From Nitrospirota bacterium (lineage in GTDB: Bacteria; Nitrospirota; UBA9217), in NCBI GenBank assembly GCA_963840455.1, contig CAWIYV010000009.1, forward strand, positions 160,001 through 224,000: a DNA stretch of 64,000 nt, in the 5' to 3' direction. Shown piece by piece: positions 54,385 through 64,000 of the stretch. Under the pieces are notes generated by a model. That model made no database searches. It had not been told where the DNA came from and worked only from the letters and a program-made list of their open reading frames with translations. Within the stretch, counting starts at the first letter, position 1. Each line of letters begins with the position of its first letter. A program made the translations under genes and the position numbers.

Positions 54385-55272
54385 CTATGAATCGCGTAAT
54401 TGCAATGATTGCATGGTCCTTTCTATCCCTGTACTGTCCAGCCCCTCCCCGATGACAACCAGCCGGCTGTTCACCACCTCCTTATCAAAGCGGACCGCAT
54501 CCACCTTGCCGTAAGTGCTGTCGAACCGGTATGGCCCTTCCAGAGTATTGATCAGCGCCTTTGCCCGGGCAACCGATCCGAAGCGTCCTCGTGCCAGTTC
54601 ATCAAAGAATGCCGTGAAGGCGGAGAGCGCCTTTCTGCTGCTGACCGGGAGCGATATCGTCTCGAAGTGGAAGTGACATGCGCTGGGTTGGATATGTCGG
54701 TGAAGGGGCGCTGCGGGCAGGGGAATGTTGATCACTGCTTTTACCGTCCGGAACAGCATGGCCCGCGGATTGATGGCCGCGATCAGGCGTTCAGCGGCGG
54801 CGATCGCTGTCTCGTCCGCGAGGTCGGCCTTGTTCACCATGATGAGGTCGGAGTTTACGATCTGGTCTTCGAAGAAGCTCCCGTACATCCCCGACTCGTA
54901 AAGCTCCGTGAACTCCATGGCGTCGACGATGCCGATGACCGACGCGGAGCCGGTGCCCGCGCTCTCGAGCGCTTCGAGCACACCGGACGGCGATGCCACG
55001 CCGGAGGGTTCGATGAGCAGGTGCTCGGGCGAGAACTGTTTCACGATCCTCTGGACCGTGGTGATGAGGTCGAATTTGAGCGTACAGCAGACGCAGCCGC
55101 TCGGCAGCTCCACTGATTCGATCCCTCCTGCGGAAAAGATCTCGCCGTCGATGCCGGCCTGGCCGAAGTCATTCACCAGCACCACGGTCTTTCCGGACCC
55201 GTCCTTTACGAAGTTCCTGATGAACGTCGTCTTTCCCGCGCCCAGCAATCCGCACACAACGGTTGTTCTCAT
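54385..55272 (-). CDS. CobW/COG0523 family GTP-dependent metallochaperone
   Basis: GLLGAGKTT, GCVCC, IEPSG, NKAD, CobW C-terminal RAKA...LVVIG. Confidence 0.9.
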   Translation of the reverse strand: MRTTVVCGLLGAGKTTFIRNFVKDGSGKTVVLVNDFGQAGIDGEIFSAGGIESVELPSGCVCCTLKFDLITTVQRIVKQFSPEHLLIEPSGVASPSGVLEALESAGTGSASVIGIVDAMEFTELYESGMYGSFFEDQIVNSDLIMVNKADLADETAIAAAERLIAAINPRAMLFRTVKAVINIPLPAAPLHRHIQPSACHFHFETISLPVSSRKALSAFTAFFDELARGRFGSVARAKALINTLEGPYRFDSTYGKVDAVRFDKEVVNSRLVVIGEGLDSTGIERTMQSLQLRDS

Positions 55273-55315
55273 AAGACCGGTCCTTTTTTCTAAGAAGGAT
55301 CCAGAGCAGAACACC

Positions 55316-55474
55316 TGAATCCAGGAGCGAGCGCATTCCCCGTAGCTTGTTGCGGGGTCTTGACCCCCGCGTTTACGAGTGGAACCGCGAGTGCGGGGGG
55401 TAGCGAGCGATTAGAACAAATAGGACTACCTTGAGGCTCCAAGATTCCCTGCAGCTTGCTGCAGGGAGCTTCAA
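55316..55474 (+). mobile_element. PATE-like element, long variant
   Basis: TGAATCCAGG...GGGAGCTTCAA with the insert shared with the 28323 copy. Confidence 0.8.
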
Positions 55475-55863
55475 CCACGAGGGCGCGAAGAGCTCCAGGA
55501 AAAGCCATAGATTGTGGTTTAGCCCGCTGTTGAGAAATCATGTTCAAGCATGGCTGCATCATTCCCAAAATAATGAATCCCTCCCCAGCCCTCCCCTTAA
55601 TTTAAGGGGAGAAAAAAGGTGGGGTTATGGTTGGGGAAGCCAGGGTCTTCAAGATATACTGGATCCCCATTTTCACTGGGATGACGAGTTAAAAACGATG
55701 TCTTTTCCACTGACCCATTATATTCAAAGGTCCTTTGACTTCCATCGCGTCCCTTGAGGACTTCGCCGTGAAAGGTCATCTTGTCTGATATATGCAATGG
55801 TAATGCCATGGTCCGGAACAGCAGGAGGGGAGACCAGCGCCGCTCGTTACGGCTGTTCCTGAA

Positions 55864-55913
55864 TGAATCCAGGAGCGAGCGCATTCCTCGCAGCTTGCTG
55901 CAGGGAGCTTCAA
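55864..55913 (+). mobile_element. PATE-like element, short variant
   Basis: TGAATCCAGGAGCGAGCGCAT-hairpin-GGGAGCTTCAA. Confidence 0.78.
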
Positions 55914-56105
55914 TAAGACCGCCCTAGGTATAAACAAGAGTAAACCGGTCCGGTGTTCGCCTGGGGCATAATTCCCCACGCCGTGGGGCAATTTTCAACG
56001 GCTCAAATTCTACATAGAAGGTAATCTCCTTGCCATGCAATGCTCTCCGGCCCAAAAGGTGCCCTGTCTCGCAGGGTTCTGCATTCGTTCAGGCTACCCC
56101 GCATC

Positions 56106-56121
56106 TGGCATTACAGTTGCA
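56106..56121 (+). promoter_or_regulatory. Sigma-54 (-24/-12) promoter of the methyltransferase operon
   Basis: TGGCATTACAGTTGCA: GG-N10-GC, matching TGGCAC-N5-TTGCW with one mismatch. Confidence 0.7.
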
Positions 56122-56135
56122 CAATAATGTCCGTC

Positions 56136-56465
56136 ATGAAGAATATCATCCTCTGTTCCTCCAATCCGCTGCTGATCAAGAACGTCTATTGTGTTCTTCG
56201 CGATGAGGGATACACCGTTGATACTGTCGAGCATCCCGCCCTTGCCGTTAAGAAGGTCCTCTGGGGAGCCTACGATTTCGTCATCGTGGACTCGGAGCCT
56301 TTCGGCATGTCCGCCGGTGAAGCGGCGCAGATCATCAAGTCCGTCGCGCCTGGCATGCCCATCATGTTCCTGGGCGGCGAAGGGGAGCTGGACTATACCG
56401 CCGGCACCGGCGCACCGCTTGACCTCGAAGTGTTCACGAAAATGATCCATAGCATGGCGGTCTGA
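56136..56465 (+). CDS. Stand-alone degenerate receiver-domain protein
   Basis: EGYTVDTV, YDFVIVD, PIMFL receiver fold; lacks the N-terminal DD pair and the conserved Lys. Confidence 0.65.
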   Translation: MKNIILCSSNPLLIKNVYCVLRDEGYTVDTVEHPALAVKKVLWGAYDFVIVDSEPFGMSAGEAAQIIKSVAPGMPIMFLGGEGELDYTAGTGAPLDLEVFTKMIHSMAV

Positions 56466-56499
56466 TGATGCGAATCCAATGATGGCGAAGGGAGATACT

Positions 56500-57528
56500 A
56501 TGACACCGAAAGAAGTGATCCTGAAGGCGTACGAAGGGGGAAAGCCTGACCGGCTGCCGGTGACCCTCTTCGGCGCGGGCATGTGGAGCATCAAGCGGCA
56601 TGGAACATCGTTCGAGGCCCTGTCACGGGACGCTGACAAGATGGCGGACATGCTCGTGGCCATGAGCGAAACGCTCAAGTGCGACATCGTCTATCCCGGA
56701 TCGGGCTACAACAACTTCCACGCTTCTGCCCTGGGCGGGAAGATCAAGTTCCGGGAGATGGGCGCACCTGACCTGGAGAACCATTTCGTTTCGTCCGAGG
56801 AGGACCTGGCGAAGCTCAAGCTCTCGGACCTAGACAAGGACGAGGTCATCAGCACCGTGATCAAGGCCTTGCGCAAGACCAAGGCGAAGATCGGCAGCAA
56901 CTATGTCGTGACCATGACGGCCTGGGGACCCTTTACCCTCGGCGCGCGGCTCGTGGGCGAAGAGGCCATGATGAAGGCCACGTTCAAGAAGCCGGCCTTC
57001 GTCGAAAAGGTCGTGGATTTCGCCACCGATATCCTGATCCACCTCTACGAGCCCATCGTGGCGGACAAGACCCTCGAGGTCATCAGCCTCGCGGACCCCA
57101 CGGCCTCGGGCGACCTTATCTCCAAGAAGCAGTTCGAGAAGTTCGCCGTTCCGTACCTCAAGAAGTTTACGGACTGGGCGAAGTCGAAGGGCGTCCACAC
57201 ACTGGTCCACATCTGCGGCAACACCACGGACCGGCTGGACCTGTTCCCGATGACCGGCGCCAGCTGCATCAGTCTGGACCATAAGACGGACATCGCCAAG
57301 GCCAAGGAAGCGCTCCACGGCAAGATGTGCTTCGGCGGGAACGTGGACCCCGTGAAGGTCATGCTGAACGGCACGGTCCAGGACGTGGAGAACGCTTGCA
57401 AGGACATCATCAAAGCCGCCGGCACCGACGGCGGGTTCGTACTTATGCCGGGGTGCGACATCCCCCCGACCGTTCCGTACGAGAACATCCAGAAGTTGAT
57501 CCAGGTGGCGCATGAGTGGAAATACTAG
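56500..57528 (+). CDS. MtaA/CmuA (URO-D family) zinc methyltransferase 1
   Basis: GPFTL, ADPTAS, HICG and PGCD Zn ligands, GNVDP. Confidence 0.9.
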   Translation: MTPKEVILKAYEGGKPDRLPVTLFGAGMWSIKRHGTSFEALSRDADKMADMLVAMSETLKCDIVYPGSGYNNFHASALGGKIKFREMGAPDLENHFVSSEEDLAKLKLSDLDKDEVISTVIKALRKTKAKIGSNYVVTMTAWGPFTLGARLVGEEAMMKATFKKPAFVEKVVDFATDILIHLYEPIVADKTLEVISLADPTASGDLISKKQFEKFAVPYLKKFTDWAKSKGVHTLVHICGNTTDRLDLFPMTGASCISLDHKTDIAKAKEALHGKMCFGGNVDPVKVMLNGTVQDVENACKDIIKAAGTDGGFVLMPGCDIPPTVPYENIQKLIQVAHEWKY

Positions 57529-57617
57529 AAACGTCCAACACCACCGATGAACACTGATGTAAGAGAGCAGAAACAGTATCGCTGCAGATCATATCAACGC
57601 TGTCCTATCTTAAGAAA

Positions 57618-57683
57618 AGGAGGTATCGCGGTTCCAACGCAGTAGTGAGTGGAGGCAACTCCAGTAGGTATTGTGGACGAGTT
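57618..57683 (+). other. Orphan SD, in-frame TAG-TGA and SECIS-like hairpin: candidate recoded leader or N-terminal extension of the CMD gene
   Basis: AGGAGGT-ATCGCG-GTT CCA ACG CAG TAG TGA GTG GAG GCA ACT CCA GTA GGT ATT GTG GAC GAG TT. Confidence 0.5.
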
Positions 57684-57738
57684 CAAGAAGCTGTTTTCCC
57701 GGGCGCAGACAGCGGCCGGGCAGAAGGAGGAAAGCAAA

Positions 57739-58182
57739 ATGGCTGACAAGAAGATGACAGTGGAAGAAGTGAACGAGTATATGAAGAAGCAGTGCGGCTT
57801 CGTGCCGAGGATGTTCCAGATCATCAACACCGTTTCGCCGGAGCCGGGCAGGACCTTCGCCGATTTCTATGCCAGCATCTTCGGCGATGGGGCACTTTCC
57901 CGTAAGGTGAAAGAGCTCATGTTCATGTCGGGTGGCGTGGCCTACTGCTCGCCGCGGTGCATCATCCACGTGATCCCGGCGATCAACGCCGGCGCCACGG
58001 ACGGTGAGATCTTCGAAGCGGCATCGGTCGGCATGATCCTTGGGGGCTTCGTTCCCGGCGGACCGGGCATCCCCTATGCCTTCGAGTACGCGCTCAAGTG
58101 CATCGATATCGCCGGCAAGTACCGTAAGGGCGAGAAGTGGGAGTATCTCCCGCAGCCCAAGTTCGACCACGGCGTGTTCTAA
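57739..58182 (+). CDS. Carboxymuconolactone decarboxylase / AhpD-like protein
   Basis: AAGGAGG RBS; DGALSRKVKEL, CSPRCIIH, AGATDGEIFEA. Confidence 0.85.
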   Translation: MADKKMTVEEVNEYMKKQCGFVPRMFQIINTVSPEPGRTFADFYASIFGDGALSRKVKELMFMSGGVAYCSPRCIIHVIPAINAGATDGEIFEAASVGMILGGFVPGGPGIPYAFEYALKCIDIAGKYRKGEKWEYLPQPKFDHGVF

Positions 58183-58351
58183 CCTGTCGTCAGGGAGGCG
58201 TTCTCTTGCCTCCCCCGGACTCATACAACCAATTCATACAAGAATAAACGGTTTTTACCACAGAGGACAGAGAGTTCGCAGAGGAGAACCGCAATGGTTT
58301 TTCTTGATGACCTCGGTGGCTAAATCGATTTATCGTTCATAAGGAGTCTCC

Positions 58352-59299
58352 ATGTTCAGGTTCTCGAAAGAGCAAAAGGTCTTCAACCTCAACGGCATCA
58401 AGGTCGGCGGCCAAGCAGGCGAGAACCCACCGGTGCTGATCGCGTCCATGTTCCACAACAAGGACCGGATCGTCGTTGACCGCAAGGGGAACTTCGACCG
58501 CCTGAAGGCCGTGGAGCTCATCCGGAAGCAGGAGGAGCTGTCCGTCTCCACGGGCATCCCGTCGCTCGTTGCCATGGTCGCGAACTCGGCCGAGGAGGCG
58601 AAGATCTACATCGACTTCTACCGCGAGACGACGACCATGCCCTTCGGCATCGACATGTGGGTAGCCGAGAAACGGGCCGAAGCCACGGAGTACGTGGCCA
58701 AGCTGGGCCTGCAGGACAAATTTCTGTACAACAGCATCACACCCTGGGACAAGGACATCAAGGGACAGGTGCAAAAGCTCAAGGACCTGGGGATCAAGCA
58801 TGTGGTGGTCCAGGCCTTCGATGACCAGGACCAGACGCCGGGTGGGCGTCTGAAATCCCTCGAGAAGCTGCTTGACCAGGGCGCGGGAGACTTCGACACC
58901 GTCATCGTCGATACGTCGGTGATGAACCTGCCCGCCACGTCGTTCTCCCTCATTGCCAACCGGCTGATCAAGGAAAAGCTCGGCCTCCCCTGCGGCGGTG
59001 CTTACTCGAACGGCACGCACATGTGGAAGGACGCGAAGACCCTCTGGAGCCTCGACGGGTTCCGGGCCATGGACGCCGTGGTGCAGGGCATGTCGTCGGT
59101 GCTCTGGAGCGACTTCAACTTTTACGGCCCCATCGTCACGGCGCCGCGCATCTTCCCGGCCGTGGCGGCGGCCCACATCCTTCTCACGACGCTGCTCTAC
59201 GACGAGACGAAGAAGATCGCCGACAATCCGAACCTTCCGATCAAGAAGTACTTTGGCGACTTCCTGGGCAAACTGACCGCAGGAGCAGCGAGGAAATAG
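58352..59299 (+). CDS. MtrH-family methyl-corrinoid:tetrahydrofolate/pterin methyltransferase (MtgA/CmuB/MecF-like)
   Basis: MFRFSKEQKV...VGGQAGENP-x-VL N-terminus; LYNSI; LPCGGAYSN; FYGPI. Confidence 0.88.
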   Translation: MFRFSKEQKVFNLNGIKVGGQAGENPPVLIASMFHNKDRIVVDRKGNFDRLKAVELIRKQEELSVSTGIPSLVAMVANSAEEAKIYIDFYRETTTMPFGIDMWVAEKRAEATEYVAKLGLQDKFLYNSITPWDKDIKGQVQKLKDLGIKHVVVQAFDDQDQTPGGRLKSLEKLLDQGAGDFDTVIVDTSVMNLPATSFSLIANRLIKEKLGLPCGGAYSNGTHMWKDAKTLWSLDGFRAMDAVVQGMSSVLWSDFNFYGPIVTAPRIFPAVAAAHILLTTLLYDETKKIADNPNLPIKKYFGDFLGKLTAGAARK

Positions 59300-59410
59300 A
59301 ACTGCAAGAGCGTAAAGGGCAAGAGGTAAAAGGTAAAGGGCAAGGCAGGGAATTCAGAACGCTCCTCGCTCCTCACCCCTTGTTTCTTACGGATCCTTCA
59401 AGGAGGTTCA

Positions 59411-60431
59411 ATGAACGCACGAGAACGGGTACTGAAGATGTTCGCCGGCGAGGAGGTCGACCGGCCGCCCTGCTTCAGCGGCATGGGCAACGTGACGACC
59501 GAAGGTCTTAAAAAGCTGAACCAGAACTTCGCGGCAACGCATCTTGACGCGAAGATGATGGCTGCTGCCGCGGCGTCGACCTACAAGCTCTTTGGCTTCG
59601 AATGCGGCGTAGCGCCCTTCGACCTCTGCATCGAGGCCGAGGCCATGGGGTGCGAGATCAATGTATATGCCCATTCCGAGGACCTGCTGTATCCCACGAT
59701 CAAGAAGAAGCTGATCCACAACGAGGCGGAGCTTGACATCACCATCCCCGGCGACCTTACTCAAGCGCGGGAGGGTGCCGCTCATGGTGGACGTCATCAA
59801 GCAGCTCAAGAAGGACATCGGCAGCGAGGCGCCCGTGGGCTCCTATGTGCTCGGGCCGTTCACGCTGGCAGGCCAGATCATGGAGTTGAACGACCTCCTG
59901 AAGCTGTCCTTCAAGAAGCCGGACAAGATCGGGAAGCTGCTGGACCAGATGGCGGGCGTGATCATCCAGGTGGCGCAGGAGTACGAGAAGGCAGGTGTGG
60001 ACTTCATTACCGTGCGGGAGATGGGGGCGACGTCGGATGTGCTCTCCCCCCGGGTGTTCAAGAGCCTGATCCTGCCGTACCTCAAGAGGATCTTCGAGAA
60101 GCTGACCGTGCCGAGCGTACTCCATATCTGCGGCAAGACGAATGACATCGTCCCGTTCATGGCCGAGAGCGGCGCGAAGGCCATCAGTGTGGACCAAAAG
60201 AATGACGTCGCCGAGACGCGCAAGAAGCTCGGCCCCAGGGCGCTGGTCTTCGGGAACTACGACCCCTACAACGTGCTGGTCGCGGGGACGCCGGACCTGG
60301 TGCGCCAGACCATCAAGAAATGCATGGACGACGGCGTAAGCGCGGTCTGGCCCGGCTGCGACATCTGGCCGACGGTGCCGGCCGAGAACTTCAAGACCAT
60401 GATGGAGGTCGTAAAAAATTACCGGAGGTGA
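59411..60431 (+). CDS. MtaA/CmuA zinc methyltransferase 2, split by one extra base near 59759
   Basis: N-half in ORF 59411 (PFDLCIEAEAMG), C-half in ORF 59733 (GPFTLA, HICG, PGCD). Removing A59759 restores GDLLKRGRVP. Confidence 0.85.
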
Positions 60432-60436
60432 TCCCT

Positions 60437-61125
<689 letters not shown>

Positions 61126-61129
<4 letters not shown>

Positions 61130-61818
61130 AGACCTCGCTCAAGCGGGAGCTGCTGGACCACGGAGCAGCGGTCGTGGGGATCGCCGGCCTTCGCGGGTAT
61201 CTGAGCGGTGAGATCGCCCACCTGGACCGGGCGGTGTCCATCGGCGTGGACCGGAAACTGAACGAAGATACGCTTGCGCTCCTTACGAGGCTCCAGAAGC
61301 GGACGGTTCGTTTCCTGAAGGCCCGGGGTCACCGGACGCTGGCGATCCCGCCGGACTCGGACCGTCGGAAGGGGACGTTCGTCTCCAAGCTCTATTCGCT
61401 CTTCAACCACAAGATGGCGGCGACTTCAGCGGGGCTGGGCTGGATCGGGAAGAACGGCCTGCTCATCAGCCCCGAACATGGTCCGCGGCTCTCCCTGGCC
61501 ACGGTGCTGACCGACGCACCGATGAGGCCGGACGTGCCCATCGAACACTGCTTGTGCGGTGAGTGCGTGCTCTGCATCGAGCATTGTCCGTCGCAGGCGA
61601 TCACTGGCGCGAAATGGTCGCGCTCCTCACCGTTCACGGAACTGGTGAGTCTGGGTGCGTGCCGGAGCCACAAGACAAGCAAACGCCAGACCGCGGGCAA
61701 GCCCAACTGCGGGCTGTGCATCAACATCTGTCCCTACGGCCGGCGGTTGGGGACAGAAGCGATCACCAGGCAGAATAAGCAGGATATCACCGCCAAGGCG
61801 CAAAGGACGCAAAGGTAG
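61126..61818 (+). CDS. QueG/reductive dehalogenase-like 2x[4Fe-4S] protein
   Basis: HKMAA..AGLGWIGKNGL...GPR; CGECVLCIEHCP; CGLCINICP. Confidence 0.82.
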
Positions 61819-61896
61819 AAAAGGAGAACGGGTTCGCCGTCCTTCACGCTCTTCGCGCCTTCGCGGTAAAATGATCTCGACCTGGGGAGGAAGTAA

Positions 61897-63876
61897 ATGT
61901 CCAAGAAGCATAAAGTGATCTTCCAGCCGTCGGGCAGGCGCGGCGAGATCGAGGACGGGAAGACCATCCTCGAGGCGGCCCAGGCCATGGGCGTTGACAT
62001 CGAAGGGCTCTGCGGCAACAAGAAGGTCTGCGGCAAGTGCAAGGTCAGGATCGAGGAAGGGTACTTCGAGAAGGACAATATCGAATCTGGGATGGCCCAC
62101 CTCTCGCCGTTGACCGAAGGGGAGAAGAAGCACATCAAGCCCGAGGACGGCCCCGGGATGAGATTGTCCTGCACCGCCGAGGTCCACGGCGACATCAAGG
62201 TCTTCGTGCCCGAACGGTCGCGCGCAGGCAAGCAGGTGGTGCGCAAGGCAGCCAAGGAGCTCACCATCAAGCTGGACCCGGCGGTGAAGAAGTACAACAT
62301 CGACCTCGTGCCCCCCACGCTCCACGACATGACCACCGGCGACTGGGAGCGGGTGCTCAAGTTCCTCGAGGACGACTACGGCCTGAAGGGGCTGACCTTC
62401 GATTACCTTGTCCTGAAGGACCTCCAGGATACCCTGCGCAAGGGAGAATGGAAAGCCACGGTCACGGTCTGGATGGACAAGGAGATCATCAAGGTCGAGC
62501 CCGGCTTCGTTGAGGTGAGCTACGGGCTTGCCGTGGACATCGGCACCACGACCTGCGTGGGGTACCTTACGGACCTGAGCACGGGCAAGGTGGTGAACAC
62601 CGAGTCCATGATGAACCCCCAGGTGCCCTATGGCGAGGATGTGATGTCGCGCATCACCTACGCCATGAGCAATCCCGGCATGGGCCTCGAGACCATGCAG
62701 AAGGCCATCATCCAGGGCCTGAACGAGATCATCGAGCGCGTGGTGACCGATATCAGGAAGGACGGCCCGAATCCGGGGTACGTCATCGACGATCTCACGA
62801 TCGTGTTCAACACGGCCATGCACCACATCTTCCTCGGCATGAACCCCGAGTATATCGGCCGCTCACCCTTCATCCCCGCAGTCCAGAGCTCGCTCGACAT
62901 CAAGGCGCGCGACCTGGGACTTCGCATCAATCCCTCGGCGTACATCCACGTGCTGCCCATCGAGGCGGGCTTCGTGGGCGCCGACAATGTGGGCGTGCTG
63001 ATCGCCGAGGAACCCTACAACCAGGACGAGAAGGTGCTGATCATCGACATCGGCACGAACGGCGAACTGCTCATGGGCAACCGAAACAAAGTCTGCTCCA
63101 CGTCCTGCGCCACCGGGCCGGCCTTTGAGGGCGCCCAGATCAAGTTCGGCATGCGCGCGGCCCCCGGCGCCATCGAGACCGTGGAGATCGATCCTGCGAC
63201 GAAAGAACCGCGCTACAAGGTCATCGGCAAGGCGGACTGGCATACGCACATCGAGAAGGTGGACGCCAAGGGCCTCTGCGGCTCGGCCATCATCCAGGTT
63301 GTGGCGGAGATGTTCAAGGCGGGCATCATCGACAAGTCAGGCAGGTTCGTGCTGGACCTGGGCACTCCGCGCGTGCGCAAGGACGTTGAGGGCAAGCCCG
63401 AATACGTGCTTGCCTGGGCATCGGAGACGTCCATCGGCCAGGACATCACCGTCACCCAGGGCGATGTGCGGGCACTGCAGCTAGCCAAGGGAGCGCTCTA
63501 TACGGGGGCGAAGCTCATGATGAAACGGCTCGGCATCACGACGCTTGACCGGGTGATCCTGGCAGGCGCGTTCGGCAGCCATATCGACCGCGAGGCGTCC
63601 ATGACGCTCGGCCTGTTCCCGGACTGCGCCCTCGACAAGGTCTACGCCGTGGGCAATGCGGCAGGCGACGGCTCGCGCATGGCGCTCCTGAACCGGGACA
63701 AGCGGCGCGAAGCGAACGAACGGGCGCGCTGGGTCGAGTTCGTCGAGATCGCCACGGATCCGGCCTTCGAGAAGGAGTTCATGCAGGCCATGCACATCCC
63801 GCATATGAAGGACAAGTTCCCGAACGTGAAGGAGCTCCTCGCGAAGAAGGGAAGCAGCGTGGAGATCAAGGGATGA
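61897..63876 (+). CDS. Reductive activator of corrinoid enzymes (RACE; 2Fe-2S + ASKHA/DUF4445)
   Basis: CGNKKVCGKC, DIGTTT, GEDVMSRI, DIGTNGE, GPAFEG, LAGAFGS, GNAA. Confidence 0.93.
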   Translation: MSKKHKVIFQPSGRRGEIEDGKTILEAAQAMGVDIEGLCGNKKVCGKCKVRIEEGYFEKDNIESGMAHLSPLTEGEKKHIKPEDGPGMRLSCTAEVHGDIKVFVPERSRAGKQVVRKAAKELTIKLDPAVKKYNIDLVPPTLHDMTTGDWERVLKFLEDDYGLKGLTFDYLVLKDLQDTLRKGEWKATVTVWMDKEIIKVEPGFVEVSYGLAVDIGTTTCVGYLTDLSTGKVVNTESMMNPQVPYGEDVMSRITYAMSNPGMGLETMQKAIIQGLNEIIERVVTDIRKDGPNPGYVIDDLTIVFNTAMHHIFLGMNPEYIGRSPFIPAVQSSLDIKARDLGLRINPSAYIHVLPIEAGFVGADNVGVLIAEEPYNQDEKVLIIDIGTNGELLMGNRNKVCSTSCATGPAFEGAQIKFGMRAAPGAIETVEIDPATKEPRYKVIGKADWHTHIEKVDAKGLCGSAIIQVVAEMFKAGIIDKSGRFVLDLGTPRVRKDVEGKPEYVLAWASETSIGQDITVTQGDVRALQLAKGALYTGAKLMMKRLGITTLDRVILAGAFGSHIDREASMTLGLFPDCALDKVYAVGNAAGDGSRMALLNRDKRREANERARWVEFVEIATDPAFEKEFMQAMHIPHMKDKFPNVKELLAKKGSSVEIKG

Positions 63877-64000
63877 ATCAATTGCGGATTTCGGATCGCG
63901 GAATGAAGACAAAGACAGCAGGACAAATGCTATTTTACCGCAGAGAGCGCTGAGCACGCAGAGGATAGATAAATATTAACTAACGTTGAAAACGACCCAT

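Noticed and set aside
56500-58182. One long readthrough fusion from MtaA-1 through TAG, TAG and TGA to the CMD gene
   Set aside because: All are in one frame, but 38 stop-free codons can easily occur by chance and the linker contains repeat-like DNA.
59750-59770. Programmed +1 frameshift at CTT-A in methyltransferase 2
   Set aside because: No stop or obviously hungry codon and no adjacent SD as in prfB. A single extra base matches the error pattern seen at 3650-4360.

Overview
Bacterial chromosomal window, roughly 60% GC by eye. Gene content and order (dprA-smg-topA-xerC-hslV-hslU-argB, Geobacter-type multiheme cytochromes, selenoprotein usage) suggest an anaerobic Nitrospirota or Desulfobacterota-like organism; this is inference. 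Left to right it holds: a tandem array of a 109-bp non-autonomous IS200/IS605-like element; an Rsm22-like gene and rsmE; a lower-GC extracellular electron transfer island (frameshifted OmcA/MtrC-type cytochrome, MFS-spermidine synthase fusion, porin, pentaheme and octaheme cytochromes, orphan GspC-like protein); the housekeeping block; an arsenosugar/radical-SAM 'selenodomain' cluster containing a UGA-recoded DsbA/FrnE selenoprotein and split by a gnd-tal-zwf-pgl operon; a sigma-54 two-component system; sugar ABC and TTT transporters; hemG/Y; a Met-rich protein, beta-barrel and CobW module; and a sigma-54-driven corrinoid methyltransferase operon. The most unusual signal is in that operon: an orphan strong Shine-Dalgarno followed by in-frame TAG-TGA and a SECIS-like hairpin, reading directly into an AhpD/CMD gene. 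Intergenic spaces carry several distinct small palindromic repeat families. No rRNA, tRNA or CRISPR array was seen.
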